A stretch of DNA of 35,910 bases from Abditibacteriaceae bacterium (GCA_031425655.1 JANPJS010000125.1:1-35910), one strand, 5' to 3'. Numbered from the stretch's first letter, positions 8,884 through 18,553 are shown. Notes: a model not told the origin generated them from the sequence alone. Numbers and translations are program-made.

Positions 8884-10035
8884 TTAAAAGCGGCGGCGCG
8901 CTTTGGCAGGCTTGGCGACCGAAGTCGAATTCGACGGCACTTCACTTTGCGCCGACGAAGGCATCGAAGGCCGCACTGCGCTCGGCGAGGCGCTTGCCAA
9001 AGTGGCCGGCGCAGCATCGCGCGCAGAACGAGCCGCGCGCGAAATGCCCTGCTTTTTCATGTCCCAGTTATGCCACGCGACCAAAACCATCGAAGCGTTG
9101 AAAATCGAAGAATACAAGCCGGAAACGATGCCGATCAACATGGCTAACACGAAGTTATAGATGCTGTGACCGCCAAAAAGCAGCATCACGAGCAACATAA
9201 TCACGACCGTCAAGCCGGTGTTAATCGAGCGGCTCATGGTTTCGAGCAGCGAATCGTTGACCACGGTGTTGAACTCTTCTCGGCGGCGCAAACGCAGGTT
9301 TTCGCGGATACGGTCGAAGATGACAACCGAGTCGTTGATTGAATAGCCCACAACTGTCAAAAGCGCCGCGATGAACGTGCCGTCAATTTCCACGCTCGGC
9401 CAGATGTATCCGATCAGCGCGAAAAGTCCGATCAGCACCAAAACGTCGTGGACGAGAGCCACGATGCCGCCGACTGCATAGCGCAAACCGCCGCCCGCGA
9501 AGTTGTAGCGAATATAAATCCACAGCGCGATCAGCATCACGCCGAGAAGCACACCGTTGACGGCGTTGCGCCGCAGTTCCTCGCCAATAACCGGCCCAAC
9601 TAAATCGCGGCTGATCGGCGTCAGATATTGCGCGTTAGCCGCATCTTCCGGCTTTTTGGTGACTCCGGGGTCAGGTGTTTTAGTGACTTCGGCAATCGCG
9701 GCGCGGGCGATGCGCTCGTGAGTGCGCAACTCGGCATCGTTGCGCGCTAAGGTGGCGATGACAAAAGTGTTGCCTCCCGCGATTTGCACCTTAACTTTGG
9801 CGAGTCCCTTTTGTTGCAGCGCGCCTTGAAGCTGATTGCTGAGCGCAACGGCTTCGCTTCCACGCGCCGACGGAGCGATGCGGAACTGCATTTGGCCGCC
9901 GCCCTTGAAATCAATGCCGAGGTTCAGTCCGAACGCCTTCCACGACACCAGTCCGATGACGATAATAGCCAGCGATAAGCCAAACCACAATTTGATGCGG
10001 CCTACGAGATCAATATGTTTTCCGCGAAAATCCAT
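8884..10035 (-). CDS. secF: Protein translocase subunit SecF
   Basis: LGIDFKGG, VGPVIGEEL, HDV and GYSINDSVVIFDRIRE motifs. Confidence 0.95.
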   Translation of the reverse strand: MDFRGKHIDLVGRIKLWFGLSLAIIVIGLVSWKAFGLNLGIDFKGGGQMQFRIAPSARGSEAVALSNQLQGALQQKGLAKVKVQIAGGNTFVIATLARNDAELRTHERIARAAIAEVTKTPDPGVTKKPEDAANAQYLTPISRDLVGPVIGEELRRNAVNGVLLGVMLIALWIYIRYNFAGGGLRYAVGGIVALVHDVLVLIGLFALIGYIWPSVEIDGTFIAALLTVVGYSINDSVVIFDRIRENLRLRRREEFNTVVNDSLLETMSRSINTGLTVVIMLLVMLLFGGHSIYNFVLAMLIGIVSGLYSSIFNASMVLVAWHNWDMKKQGISRAARSARDAAPATLASASPSAVRPSMPSSAQSEVPSNSTSVAKPAKARRRF

Positions 10036-10046
10036 AACTTTCCATA

Positions 10047-10117
10047 GTTTTGAATTTTAAGTTTTTAGTTTTGAGTTGATGCTGTAACTCAAAACTAAAA
10101 ACTCAAAACTCAAAACT
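10047..10117. repeat. Heptamer repeat hairpin (TTTTGAG/CTCAAAA)
   Basis: Degenerate forward and inverted heptamer units between secD and secF. Confidence 0.8.
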
Positions 10118-10118
10118 T

Positions 10119-12158
10119 TCATTGCTTCTGAGCGGCTAAGGCCGCACTTGATTTCACTGCTTTGGCAAACAAACCGCGATTGGTTTCGCCGGTTTTTGCC
10201 ACGCTCCACATGAAAAGGCGCGTCACGCTGATGGCCGAGAACAAGCTCAGCAACACGCCGATAGCAAGCGTCAGCGCGAAGCCTTTAACCGGCCCGGTGC
10301 CCAAATAAAACAGCACGGTGGCGGCGATAAGCGTGGTGACGTGCGAATCGAGAATGGCCGTCCAGGCCCGCGCGAAGGCAGCGCGCAAGGCGGCAGTGAA
10401 GGTCGGCTGCACCGCCATTTCTTCTTTGAGGCGCTCGAACACCAGAATATTGGTGTCCAGCGACATGGCAAGACCGAGCAAAAAGCCCGCAATGCCCGGC
10501 AGCGTCAGCGTGCCGCCGATAAGGATGAAGGCCGCGAGATTCAAGAGGCAATAAATCACAAGCGCGGCGTTGGCTAAAAGTCCGGGCAGGCGATAATACA
10601 GCATCATGAACGCCATGACCGCCAAAATGCCGATGAAGCCGGCTAAAAGGCTTTGATTGAGCGATTCGGCGCCCAGAGTCGCGGAAACGCTGCGATTTTC
10701 TACTACATCCAGCGGCGCCGGCAAAGCGCCGGAGTTCAGCAGCAGCGCCAAATTTTGCGCTTCTGTGATGGTTTTGAAACCGCCCGAAATCTGTCCGCTG
10801 CCGCCCGTAATCGCCGACTTGATGACTGGCGCCGAAATGCAGCGGTCATCTAAGAAAATCGGCATCAGGCGCCCGACGTTGGCCGCTGTCGCCGAGCCGA
10901 ATTTCTGCGCCGCTGCGGGTTGCAACTCGAAGAAAACCGCCGGTTCGTCAGCGCCCATGAAGCCTGCTGAAGTCGTCGGCTTTAAGTCGTCGCCCTTGAC
11001 AATCGGCGTCGAATACTGCAAATTCTTGCGAATTTCCGCGCCTGAAATTTGATTGCCCTTGTCATCGAAAAACAAGGTATTATCGGGATTTTTGGGATCG
11101 TCGCGCGGCGTGATTTTTTGGTCGAGCAGGCGGATTTCCATCTGCGCTGTTTGCCCAACGACATCCACGGCCTGTTGCGGGTCGTTGACGCCCGGCAATT
11201 GCACAATAATGCGATCCGGCGGCTGCGCTTGAATAACCGGCTCGCTGACGCCTAATCGGTCAACGCGCTCTTCGACGATTTTTATAGTCTGCGACAGCAC
11301 CTGCGCCTGCGAACCCTGCGCATCGTCTTGTTGACCTGCCGGCGCAACCGGCTCGTAAAATTGCGGATTGCCCGACGGCGTGAATTTATAGAGCGCCACG
11401 CTTTTCAAAGCCTCGGCGATGGCGGATTTCTGATCATCAAACTGCGCGCGGTCTTTGGCCTGCGTGCGCACTTCAACCAGGTCACGCGCATCGTTTTTGA
11501 TAACTACGTCGGCCCGCGCCAAATCGGTGTCGCCCGGCGCTTTTTGCAGCGCATCGCGCACCAGCGTAATGAATTTATCGCGCTCTTCGATGCTGGCCGG
11601 AATGGGCTTATCGAGTTGATAAGTGAACAAAGCGCGGCGAATTTGCAGCACAAGGTTGACGCCGCCCTGCAAATCAAGACCGAGTTTGACGGCAGGAACC
11701 GGGCCGCGTGCGCCCTGCTTCATCGGAAAAACGGCGGTATCGCCCAGTGCGAAGAGAGGACGCACCGGCAATTTGGCAATGTCTTTTTCAGTTTGCGCGC
11801 CCAATGCCACGCCTTTGAAAACTTTGCTCAAGGACGCAACAATGCGCTGCGAGCGCGCTTCGGCTTCGGCGCGTGTGGTGGCGTAATCCTGCACCTCAGC
11901 TTCTTTGCTGCCGGGCTTGGTCGTCAGAGCGCCGGGAACGCGTTCCGGGCTGACAAACTGCGTGTCGAAGGCTTTGTCGGCCTCATCGCCGGGGTTTTTC
12001 TTCTTGTCAATGAGGTCGGCAAACGGCTTGGGGGCCGTGAGGTAAACCGTGTAGACCTGCTCTTTGGGAGTCGAGCCTACGGGGAAAAAGATGATGCCCA
12101 AACACGTTAAAACGAGCAGCAACAAACCGAGATATTGAACTGGACGGCGACTAAACAT
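10119..12158 (-). CDS. secD: Protein translocase subunit SecD
   Basis: LGLDLQGG, RVDRLGVSEP, LNSGALP, DTNILVFERLKEE and GTGPVKGFA motifs. Confidence 0.95.
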   Translation of the reverse strand: MFSRRPVQYLGLLLLVLTCLGIIFFPVGSTPKEQVYTVYLTAPKPFADLIDKKKNPGDEADKAFDTQFVSPERVPGALTTKPGSKEAEVQDYATTRAEAEARSQRIVASLSKVFKGVALGAQTEKDIAKLPVRPLFALGDTAVFPMKQGARGPVPAVKLGLDLQGGVNLVLQIRRALFTYQLDKPIPASIEERDKFITLVRDALQKAPGDTDLARADVVIKNDARDLVEVRTQAKDRAQFDDQKSAIAEALKSVALYKFTPSGNPQFYEPVAPAGQQDDAQGSQAQVLSQTIKIVEERVDRLGVSEPVIQAQPPDRIIVQLPGVNDPQQAVDVVGQTAQMEIRLLDQKITPRDDPKNPDNTLFFDDKGNQISGAEIRKNLQYSTPIVKGDDLKPTTSAGFMGADEPAVFFELQPAAAQKFGSATAANVGRLMPIFLDDRCISAPVIKSAITGGSGQISGGFKTITEAQNLALLLNSGALPAPLDVVENRSVSATLGAESLNQSLLAGFIGILAVMAFMMLYYRLPGLLANAALVIYCLLNLAAFILIGGTLTLPGIAGFLLGLAMSLDTNILVFERLKEEMAVQPTFTAALRAAFARAWTAILDSHVTTLIAATVLFYLGTGPVKGFALTLAIGVLLSLFSAISVTRLFMWSVAKTGETNRGLFAKAVKSSAALAAQKQ

Positions 12159-12208
12159 GGAATTAAAGTGCGAGAAACCTTTCGTAACGGCTTTGCGGCG
12201 CGCAAAAA

Positions 12209-12835
12209 TCAGCCCCGCAAAAGCACCTTTAAAGCATACCGGCTTGACCTGTTGCGGTCAACGGAAACGCTAAGAGGCTGCGGAACGCGATTATCGTCGC
12301 CAAGAAAATTGGGAAAGGAAAAATATGCCGCAACGCCCAACGATACAACGGCGCCGACCAGTAAATAAACCCGCGAAGTCGCCTCGCGCAAGGCCAGCCA
12401 GTGCGGCACGAAGACGATTTTATGCCCACGCGAGCCAACGCAATCCCAGAATAAATGACTTCCGGTGCCAACTGCCAAACCAACTGAGACGCTGTCAAAA
12501 GCAAACGATGACTGCCGTAAAAACGGATAGTGCCACGCCGCGCCAGCCAATAATAGCGGCAAAAACGGCGAATGCGTGAGCCAGTGGCGATGCGATGCCG
12601 GCCCTAAAAACAGCACGTCCCAGTCGGGCAAAGGATAATGAAAAAACTTGAGCGGCCCTTTTTTCGACCACGAATCGGGCACGAAAAACAGCGCGCACGA
12701 CGACAAAATCAAGGGAATGAGATATTCAGGACGGCGCAGCCAAAAATCGAGTTCGCCGCCCGCCAGCAGCCCAAAAGTGGCCGAAAACGCCATCGCCGCG
12801 GCGAAATGCCACAGTCCGGCCCCGAAATAACTCAT
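12209..12835 (-). CDS. Membrane-bound metal-dependent hydrolase-like protein (YdjM-like motifs)
   Basis: Multi-TM protein with LPDWD, HRHWLTHS and SHLFWD motifs. Confidence 0.6.
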   Translation of the reverse strand: MSYFGAGLWHFAAAMAFSATFGLLAGGELDFWLRRPEYLIPLILSSCALFFVPDSWSKKGPLKFFHYPLPDWDVLFLGPASHRHWLTHSPFLPLLLAGAAWHYPFLRQSSFAFDSVSVGLAVGTGSHLFWDCVGSRGHKIVFVPHWLALREATSRVYLLVGAVVSLGVAAYFSFPNFLGDDNRVPQPLSVSVDRNRSSRYALKVLLRG

Positions 12836-13246
12836 TTAACGACGACGATAATTCCGGCGCGAGTGCTTTTTCGCTGTGCGGCGGCTTTTTCCGCCGCGCG
12901 AAGCCAATCGTCCGCCGCCACGCGAAATCACTTCATAACTGACCGGGCCGACGCCGCGGCCCAAACCGCCGTAAAGCGCCGAAAACGCTCCGGTTGAAAG
13001 GTCAAGAATACGGTTGCCGTTAAACGGCCCGCTGCCCGTCACGCGCACGGTGACAGAACGGCCATTTTGTGGGTTCGTCACGCGCAAAACCGAGCCAACC
13101 GGCTCATAACGCGACGCGGTAATCATCGCGCCGGTGTAATAATGATACGCGGCGCGCCCGCTGCGAGCCTGCGCGATGCCGGAAACCGCGACGGCGGCTA
13201 ATGCCGTCAAAACGACATGGTTTTTCAAAAACGTGCGAAATTCCAA
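12836..13246 (-). CDS. RlpA-like double-psi beta-barrel protein with basic tail
   Basis: GSVLRVTNPQNGRSVTVRV..GPF..RILDLS..AF motif. TTG start after GAGGAG, followed by a signal peptide. Confidence 0.8.
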   Translation of the reverse strand: MEFRTFLKNHVVLTALAAVAVSGIAQARSGRAAYHYYTGAMITASRYEPVGSVLRVTNPQNGRSVTVRVTGSGPFNGNRILDLSTGAFSALYGGLGRGVGPVSYEVISRGGGRLASRGGKSRRTAKKHSRRNYRRR

Positions 13247-13336
13247 AACTTTCTCCTCGCGCAAAACCCTGTGTGCCTTGCGACTTTTACTCTTTAACCT
13301 TACCAGTCGCCTCCAGCGGCAAAAAGGACTCATTTG

Positions 13337-14299
13337 ATGGCAACAGCGATTAGCTTCGGCGAACTTTTAGTGGACATGGTCAGCCCGGCGGACGCGACGC
13401 TTGGTGAAGCGCACAACTTTCTCAAAGCGCCCGGCGGCGCTCCGGCTAACGTCGCGGTCGGATTAGCCAGACTTAGCGTGCCATCGGCGTTTGTCGGCCA
13501 GGTCGGCGATGACCCGTTCGGCATCTGGCTGCGCGAAACCGTCGCAGAGGAAGGCGTGGACACCACGCATTTGTTTCACAGTGCCACGGCGCGCACCACG
13601 ATTGCTTTTGTCGCCACGCGCCGCGATGGCAAAAAAGACATTTGCTTTTACCGAAATCCCGGCGCTGATGCCCTGCTCCGCCCCGCCGACATCAGCAATT
13701 CGGTCTTCGACGGCGCGCGGTTGTTCCACTGTGGTAGCGTGTCATTGTCGCTTTCGCCGTGCCGCGAGGCGCAGTTTCACGCCGCAAAACAGGCCAGGAA
13801 GCACGGACTTTTAGTTTCCTTCGACCCAAATTGGCGCCCGTCGCTGTGGGACGATTTCGACCTCGCGCGCCAACTCATCTGGCAAATGATGCCGCTCAGC
13901 GATGTCGTCAAAGTCGCCGACGAAGAATGGGAATTCGTGACGGGAACCACCGATTTCGCCGAAGGTGCGGCCAAAATTCGCGCGCAAGGCCCGAAACTCG
14001 TCGTCGTCACGCGCGGTGCCGACGGCGCTTATTTCGACTGCGAAGCGGCGCGCGGCGATGTTCCGGGCTTCAAAGCCGCTGCCATGGATACGCTTGGCGC
14101 TGGCGATGCCTTCGTCGCTGGATTACTGTCGCGGCTGTTGCAATTCGCTACGTTTGGCGATGCTCTTAACGAGACCTCGCTACGCAAAATTCTGCGCTTC
14201 GCCAACGCCTGCGGCGCTATTGCCACGCAAACGCCCGGCGCGATTCCCGCTTTGCCGACCGAAGCGCAAGTGACGGCGTTTTTGCAAAGCCAAAGCTAA
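13337..14299 (+). CDS. PfkB family carbohydrate kinase (fructokinase-like)
   Basis: GGAPANVA, FDPNWRPSLW and DTLGAGDAF motifs. Confidence 0.92.
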   Translation: MATAISFGELLVDMVSPADATLGEAHNFLKAPGGAPANVAVGLARLSVPSAFVGQVGDDPFGIWLRETVAEEGVDTTHLFHSATARTTIAFVATRRDGKKDICFYRNPGADALLRPADISNSVFDGARLFHCGSVSLSLSPCREAQFHAAKQARKHGLLVSFDPNWRPSLWDDFDLARQLIWQMMPLSDVVKVADEEWEFVTGTTDFAEGAAKIRAQGPKLVVVTRGADGAYFDCEAARGDVPGFKAAAMDTLGAGDAFVAGLLSRLLQFATFGDALNETSLRKILRFANACGAIATQTPGAIPALPTEAQVTAFLQSQS

Positions 14300-14316
14300 C
14301 GAATTGGAACGTAAAA

Positions 14317-14429
14317 CGGGAAATCGGGAAGTCGGAAAGACGGGGAAAATTGAGGGATGGTTTTTGAAATCTGCGATTTCGTCACCACGATCAAATTCTT
14401 CCCGACTTTCCGCTCTTCCCGCCTTCCCG
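14317..14429. repeat. Degenerate octamer repeat with inverted copy
   Basis: CGGGAAAT CGGGAAGT CGGAAAGA CGGGGAAA followed by inverted TTCCCG units. Confidence 0.6.
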
Positions 14430-14463
14430 CTTTGTTGTCAATTTGCTAAGCCACAAAAACAAA

Positions 14464-14488
14464 ACGGCTGCGCTAAAAGCGCAGCCGT
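14464..14488. terminator. Intrinsic terminator hairpin
   Basis: ACGGCTGCGCT-AAA-AGCGCAGCCGT with a T-tract on the minus strand. Confidence 0.7.
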
Positions 14489-14531
14489 CCTGTCAACACG
14501 CGGTTCATCCCGCCAACGTGTTCTAAATATT

Positions 14532-15386
14532 TTACCGCGTGTTGGGCGGGAGGCCGGCCATTGTGCGTAAGCGGTCAATAGCGGTTGAGGCTTCTTGCTT
14601 CGTCAACTGGTCTACGCGCTTGCCCAACATTTGTTGCAATTCGGTGTCCGTGTTGCCGTCAAACACCTGACGCGCATAGCCGAGTATGGCGTTTTGCTGT
14701 TTTTCCGTCAAGGAATTGCCGCTACCGAAGGCCGGAGCCGGGTTTGCGTCGCGTTCGGCCCGTGCTTCGCGCGCCGGCACGAAGCCGGATTCCCGTTCGG
14801 GCGCACGCCGCGCACCGGGACGGTCATCCAAATCCATGTCCTCCAAATCCTGCGTGAACATCCCTGAAGCCCGCGTTGCCGACAACGTAGCATCAACCAG
14901 GGCGCGCTTTTTCGACATCTTCAGAATCGTGTTGGCGACGTTGGCCGCGTCCTGATTCTTATAGCGCCGCTCGCGGCTGTTGCAGCAACCAATGCCTTCG
15001 GCTTCGACTTGACCGTTGCGCTTGTTGATTAATGTGACTTTGACTTCGTAAGACACGAAACCTTTGTCCCAATCTTCCGAGCGTCCGACCACTTCGACAA
15101 TCGGCGCCAGCCCGAAAATCGCGTTCAGCTTTTCGGCGCCCGATTTGAAAAGCGTCGGCTTGGTGTTGGTGCCCGGCACGATGCCGTAGTCCTCGCCTTC
15201 GACCATGTGTCCGCGAACGAACTCAGCCAGCATTTTCACGCGCCGGTTGGCTTCTTCGAGGCTTACCGCGAAATCAGGAAACACATCTGCCATGACAGTG
15301 TTTGACGGCGATGCGCCCGGCGCGTTTTGCGCGCTACGCGCCACCATCTGCTCTTCAACCATCGTTCCGTTTTGTTCCGGTGTCAT
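14532..15386 (-). CDS. Phage-type putative single-strand annealing protein (Rad52/ERF/RecT-like fold inferred)
   Basis: DYGIVPG..KPTLFKSGAEKL, three beta strands, EGIGCCNSRE and ANTILKMSKKRALVDA. SD AAGGAG before the ATG at 15386. Confidence 0.55.
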   Translation of the reverse strand: MTPEQNGTMVEEQMVARSAQNAPGASPSNTVMADVFPDFAVSLEEANRRVKMLAEFVRGHMVEGEDYGIVPGTNTKPTLFKSGAEKLNAIFGLAPIVEVVGRSEDWDKGFVSYEVKVTLINKRNGQVEAEGIGCCNSRERRYKNQDAANVANTILKMSKKRALVDATLSATRASGMFTQDLEDMDLDDRPGARRAPERESGFVPAREARAERDANPAPAFGSGNSLTEKQQNAILGYARQVFDGNTDTELQQMLGKRVDQLTKQEASTAIDRLRTMAGLPPNTR

Positions 15387-15415
15387 CGAATTACTCCTTT
15401 TCAATGTTCACCCTT

Positions 15416-15451
15416 AGTATAACGAAGTGCGATTCATATTTCAATGAATCG
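15416..15451 (-). promoter_or_regulatory. Sigma70 promoter with palindromic operator
   Basis: TTGAAA (15444-15439), 17 nt, TATACT (15421-15416). CGATTCAT-N6-ATGAATCG (15430-15451) straddles the -35. Confidence 0.7.
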
Positions 15452-15461
15452 AATGAAACCA

Positions 15462-16772
15462 TTATCTTCCGCGCGAAGCCGACCAATTTCGCTGCGCACG
15501 CATAGCCGGACGCGATGATGTAGCACTGGGATTTCCGCCGCCGGCAGAGTTGTAACGCTCGCGGCGCTGCGTTTCGTGGCGATTCTGGGAAGGCCGGCGG
15601 CGCGACGAACTTTGTGCGATGGGCCTATCGGGAAACTTTTCCGGCGAATTGGGCGAAAGCGGCATTTCGGTGCGGAGCAGTTTTTCGATGTCGCGCACAT
15701 CGCCGGCCTGATCGGGCGCCGCGAAGGAAATGGCGTGGCCGCTTTTACCGGCACGTCCTGTGCGCCCGATGCGGTGAACGTAATCTTCGGGGCTGTCGGG
15801 CAAGTCGTAGTTGAGCACTAATTCGATGTTCGACACGTCAATGCCGCGCGCGGCGATGTCCGTTGCGACGAGAACGCGATAAGTGCCGTCTTTGAAGCCG
15901 TCAAGGGCGGCGCGGCGCTGGCTGAGCGTGCGGTCGGCGTGAATTTCCGCCGATTTGTGGCCCAAATTGCGAACGTGACGCGCCACGCGACGGGCGCGCG
16001 ACCTTGTGCGAGCGAAAACCAGAATCGTGCCGTGGTATTTCACGAGAAGTTCTTGCAAAAGGTCGTTTTTGGCTTCCTGCGAGATCACGAACAATTCCTG
16101 CGTAACTTGATCGGCGGCCAAGCCGGCGCGGGCGACTTCGACGCGCACAGGGTTGACCATGTAGTTATCGGCGATTTGCGCGATGGCGTCGGGCATCGTG
16201 GCCGAAAAGAGCATGGTCTGGCGCTCGTCGGGCACGCCGACGAGGATTTGCTTGATCTGCGGCGCGAAGCCCATATCGAGCATCCGGTCGGCTTCGTCTA
16301 AGACGAGCGTATCAACGGTGCGAAGGTCAATGGTGCGCTGTTGCAGATGGTCAATGAGGCGGCCCGGCGTAGCGACGATGATGTCGGGGTTGGCGCGCAG
16401 TTGCGCGTGCTGCGGGCGAATCGGAGCGCCGCCGATGAGAACAGCGGTGCGAAGTCCGAATTTCGAGCCGATTTTTTGCAAGGTTTCGTCAACTTGCAAA
16501 GCGAGTTCGCGGGTCGGCAGCAGAATCAGGCCGCGTCCGCGTGTTTTGGCGGTCAGAAAGCGTTGCAGCATCGGAATGCCGAAAGCGAGTGTTTTGCCGG
16601 TGCCGGTTTGGGCGATGCCGATGATGTCACGGTCTTCGATGCCAAGAGGAATCGCTTCCTGCTGAATCGGCGTCGGGACGGTGAACTGCAAGCGGTCGAG
16701 AACGGCGAGAATCTGGGGCGCGATGCCCAGGTTGTGGAACGACGGAACGTCTGTGGTTTCTGTCTTGTGCAT
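15462..16772 (-). CDS. DEAD-box ATP-dependent RNA helicase (RhlE-like)
   Basis: Q motif, AQTGTGKT, PTRELA, DEAD, SAT, ARGID and HRIGRTGRAG motifs. Confidence 0.96.
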   Translation of the reverse strand: MHKTETTDVPSFHNLGIAPQILAVLDRLQFTVPTPIQQEAIPLGIEDRDIIGIAQTGTGKTLAFGIPMLQRFLTAKTRGRGLILLPTRELALQVDETLQKIGSKFGLRTAVLIGGAPIRPQHAQLRANPDIIVATPGRLIDHLQQRTIDLRTVDTLVLDEADRMLDMGFAPQIKQILVGVPDERQTMLFSATMPDAIAQIADNYMVNPVRVEVARAGLAADQVTQELFVISQEAKNDLLQELLVKYHGTILVFARTRSRARRVARHVRNLGHKSAEIHADRTLSQRRAALDGFKDGTYRVLVATDIAARGIDVSNIELVLNYDLPDSPEDYVHRIGRTGRAGKSGHAISFAAPDQAGDVRDIEKLLRTEMPLSPNSPEKFPDRPIAQSSSRRRPSQNRHETQRRERYNSAGGGNPSATSSRPAMRAQRNWSASRGR

Positions 16773-16950
16773 AAAATCCAAAAATTGACCCGAAATGGCG
16801 CTGGGTCAATGGATTTTTCCAAGACGCTGCAGTCCGAGGGGACGCAATCTAACGCGGGGGTTCGAGTCCTTCGCTTCCAAACAACGGAGCGGAATCTGTA
16901 ATATCTTGCTGAATTATAACCGAATCCAGCGAACGGCGGCTTTCTAACGA

Positions 16951-16985
16951 TTAAAGCCTCTCACGGGTTGCGTGAGAGGCTTTAA
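16951..16985. terminator. Intrinsic terminator downstream of tRNA-Met
   Basis: TTAAAGCCTCTCACG-GGTTG-CGTGAGAGGCTTTAA. Confidence 0.75.
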
Positions 16986-16991
16986 AAATCG

Positions 16992-17064
16992 TAGCGGGAG
17001 AGGGATTTGAACCCACGACCTACGGCTTATGAAGCCGTTGCTCTAACCCCTGAGCTACCCCGCC
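16992..17064 (-). tRNA. tRNA-Met(CAT), elongator type
   Basis: GGCGGGG acceptor with G2-C71 and C3-G70, anticodon arm ACGGC-TTCATAA-GCCGT, GGTTCAAATCC. Lacks initiator features. Confidence 0.88.
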
Positions 17065-17070
17065 AAATCA

Positions 17071-17136
17071 AGTGACGAATTACGAGTTACGAGTGCGGAG
17101 TGAAATCATTCGTCACTCGTCAATCGGCCTTCGTCA
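17071..17136. repeat. Heptamer repeat hairpin (T[G/T]ACGA[A/G] family)
   Basis: Same unit family as 5731-5847. Confidence 0.7.
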
Positions 17137-17141
17137 TTGGT

Positions 17142-17324
17142 TTAATCGTCGGCTTGTTGACGACGTTTGCGTTTTTTGCGCTTTTGCTTCTTCATTTTGC
17201 GCTCTTCGATTTTGCGGCGGCGGTCGGAGTGCTCGCGGCGAATGTTTTCGGTCAGTTCACCGTCGAGACCGGCGAGCGGCGCGGCGTCGTAGGCTTGTAA
17301 GCGGGGCAAATCAATAGCTGGCAT
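17142..17324 (-). CDS. Small highly basic protein (60 aa)
   Basis: SD GAGGTGA, a consensus promoter upstream, and a K/R-rich C-terminal half. Confidence 0.7.
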   Translation of the reverse strand: MPAIDLPRLQAYDAAPLAGLDGELTENIRREHSDRRRKIEERKMKKQKRKKRKRRQQADD

Positions 17325-17374
17325 GGAAATATCACCTCACTGTCACTTGCGACCCCGTTTCCGAGGCCTGTAAA

Positions 17375-17403
17375 ATTATAGCGGTCACCTTCGGAGATGT
17401 CAA
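17375..17403 (-). promoter_or_regulatory. Perfect consensus sigma70 promoter
   Basis: TTGACA (17403-17398), 17 nt, TATAAT (17380-17375). Confidence 0.85.
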
Positions 17404-17423
17404 CGCATTTCGCTCGCCAGTGA

Positions 17424-17536
17424 CCCCCGATTGAAATCGGGGGCTATTCATAACCAAACCCGCCTTCGCGGGTTGAAGGGTTAAAGAGTCCGCGCAGGCG
17501 GACTTCGTAATTGTAGACTCCGAATTTATTCGGGGG
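17424..17536. repeat. REP/REPIN-like element
   Basis: Inverted halves, each with a (G/A)TAG tetranucleotide plus a CCGA..TCGG hairpin and an internal CCGC..GCGG hairpin. Confidence 0.75.
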
Positions 17537-17556
17537 CAGTAAATTCAAAGGATATT

Positions 17557-18543
17557 ATGAAACAAGCTGTCAGAGTCGCCGTGACGGGCGCCGCCGGACA
17601 AATCGGCTACGCGCTGCTTCCGCGCATCGCGTCGGGCCAGATGTTTGGCCCCGACACGCCCGTAATTTTGCACCTCATCGAGATTCCGCAGGGCGAAGCC
17701 GCTTTGCGCGGCGTAGTCATGGAATTGGAAGATTGCGCGTTTCCTTTGCTTAAAGGCATCGTGCCGACCACCGATTTAAACGAGGGCTTCAAAGGCGTGA
17801 ATTGGGCGCTTTTAATCGGCAGCGTGCCGCGCAAAGAAGGCATGGAACGCAAAGACTTGCTTGGCATCAACGGCAAGATTTTTACGGGACAAGGCCAAGC
17901 CATCGCTAAAAACGGCGCTTCGGACGTGCGCGTTTTGGTTGTCGGCAACCCGTGCAACACCAACTGCCTGATCGCCATGAGCAACGCGCGCGACATTCCG
18001 CGCGACCGCTGGTTCGCCATGACGCGACTGGACGAAAACCGCGCGGTTGCACAACTGGCGCAAAAAGCCGGCGTGGACACGACTCTCGTAGATCGCGTGG
18101 CGATTTGGGGCAACCATTCGGCGACGCAGTATCCCGATTTCACTAACGCGCGCATCGGCGGACGCGCCGCGACACAGGTCATTTCTCATCGCGCGTGGCT
18201 GGAAAATGATTTCTTAAAAACGGTGCAGCAGCGCGGCGCGGCGATTATCAAAGCGCGCGGATTGTCGTCGGCAGCTTCGGCGGCCAATGCGATTGTCGGC
18301 AGCGTGCAGTCCGTTGTAACGCCGACGGAAGGCGACAACTGGCACAGCTTGGCGGTGCCCTCCGACGGCTCTTACGGCATTGAGCCGGGCCTGATTTGCT
18401 CTTATCCAACGCGCAGCAACGGAGCGAAAGTCGAAATTGTGCAAGGCGTGCCTGTGGATGACTTCAGTCGCCAGAAAATTGATGCCTCGGTGGCGGAATT
18501 GAAGGAAGAAAAGTCTTTGGTCAGCGAACTACTGCCCTCGTAA
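17557..18543 (+). CDS. mdh: Malate dehydrogenase
   Basis: [39 protein letters not shown] and SSAASAA motifs. Confidence 0.96.
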   Translation: MKQAVRVAVTGAAGQIGYALLPRIASGQMFGPDTPVILHLIEIPQGEAALRGVVMELEDCAFPLLKGIVPTTDLNEGFKGVNWALLIGSVPRKEGMERKDLLGINGKIFTGQGQAIAKNGASDVRVLVVGNPCNTNCLIAMSNARDIPRDRWFAMTRLDENRAVAQLAQKAGVDTTLVDRVAIWGNHSATQYPDFTNARIGGRAATQVISHRAWLENDFLKTVQQRGAAIIKARGLSSAASAANAIVGSVQSVVTPTEGDNWHSLAVPSDGSYGIEPGLICSYPTRSNGAKVEIVQGVPVDDFSRQKIDASVAELKEEKSLVSELLPS

Positions 18544-18553
18544 GACAAACAGC

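Noticed and set aside
16780..16920. Named regulatory RNA in the helicase 5' leader
   Set aside because: A TATAAT and a long leader are present, but no recognisable motif or convincing structure.
14532..17064. Prophage remnant at tRNA-Met
   Set aside because: No integrase, att duplication or other phage genes. The helicase is an ordinary DEAD-box protein.
16992..17064. Initiator tRNA-fMet or tRNA-Ile2 identity
   Set aside because: No C1:A72 mismatch or triple G-C anticodon stem, and the acceptor fits elongator Met better. Ile2 is not fully excluded.
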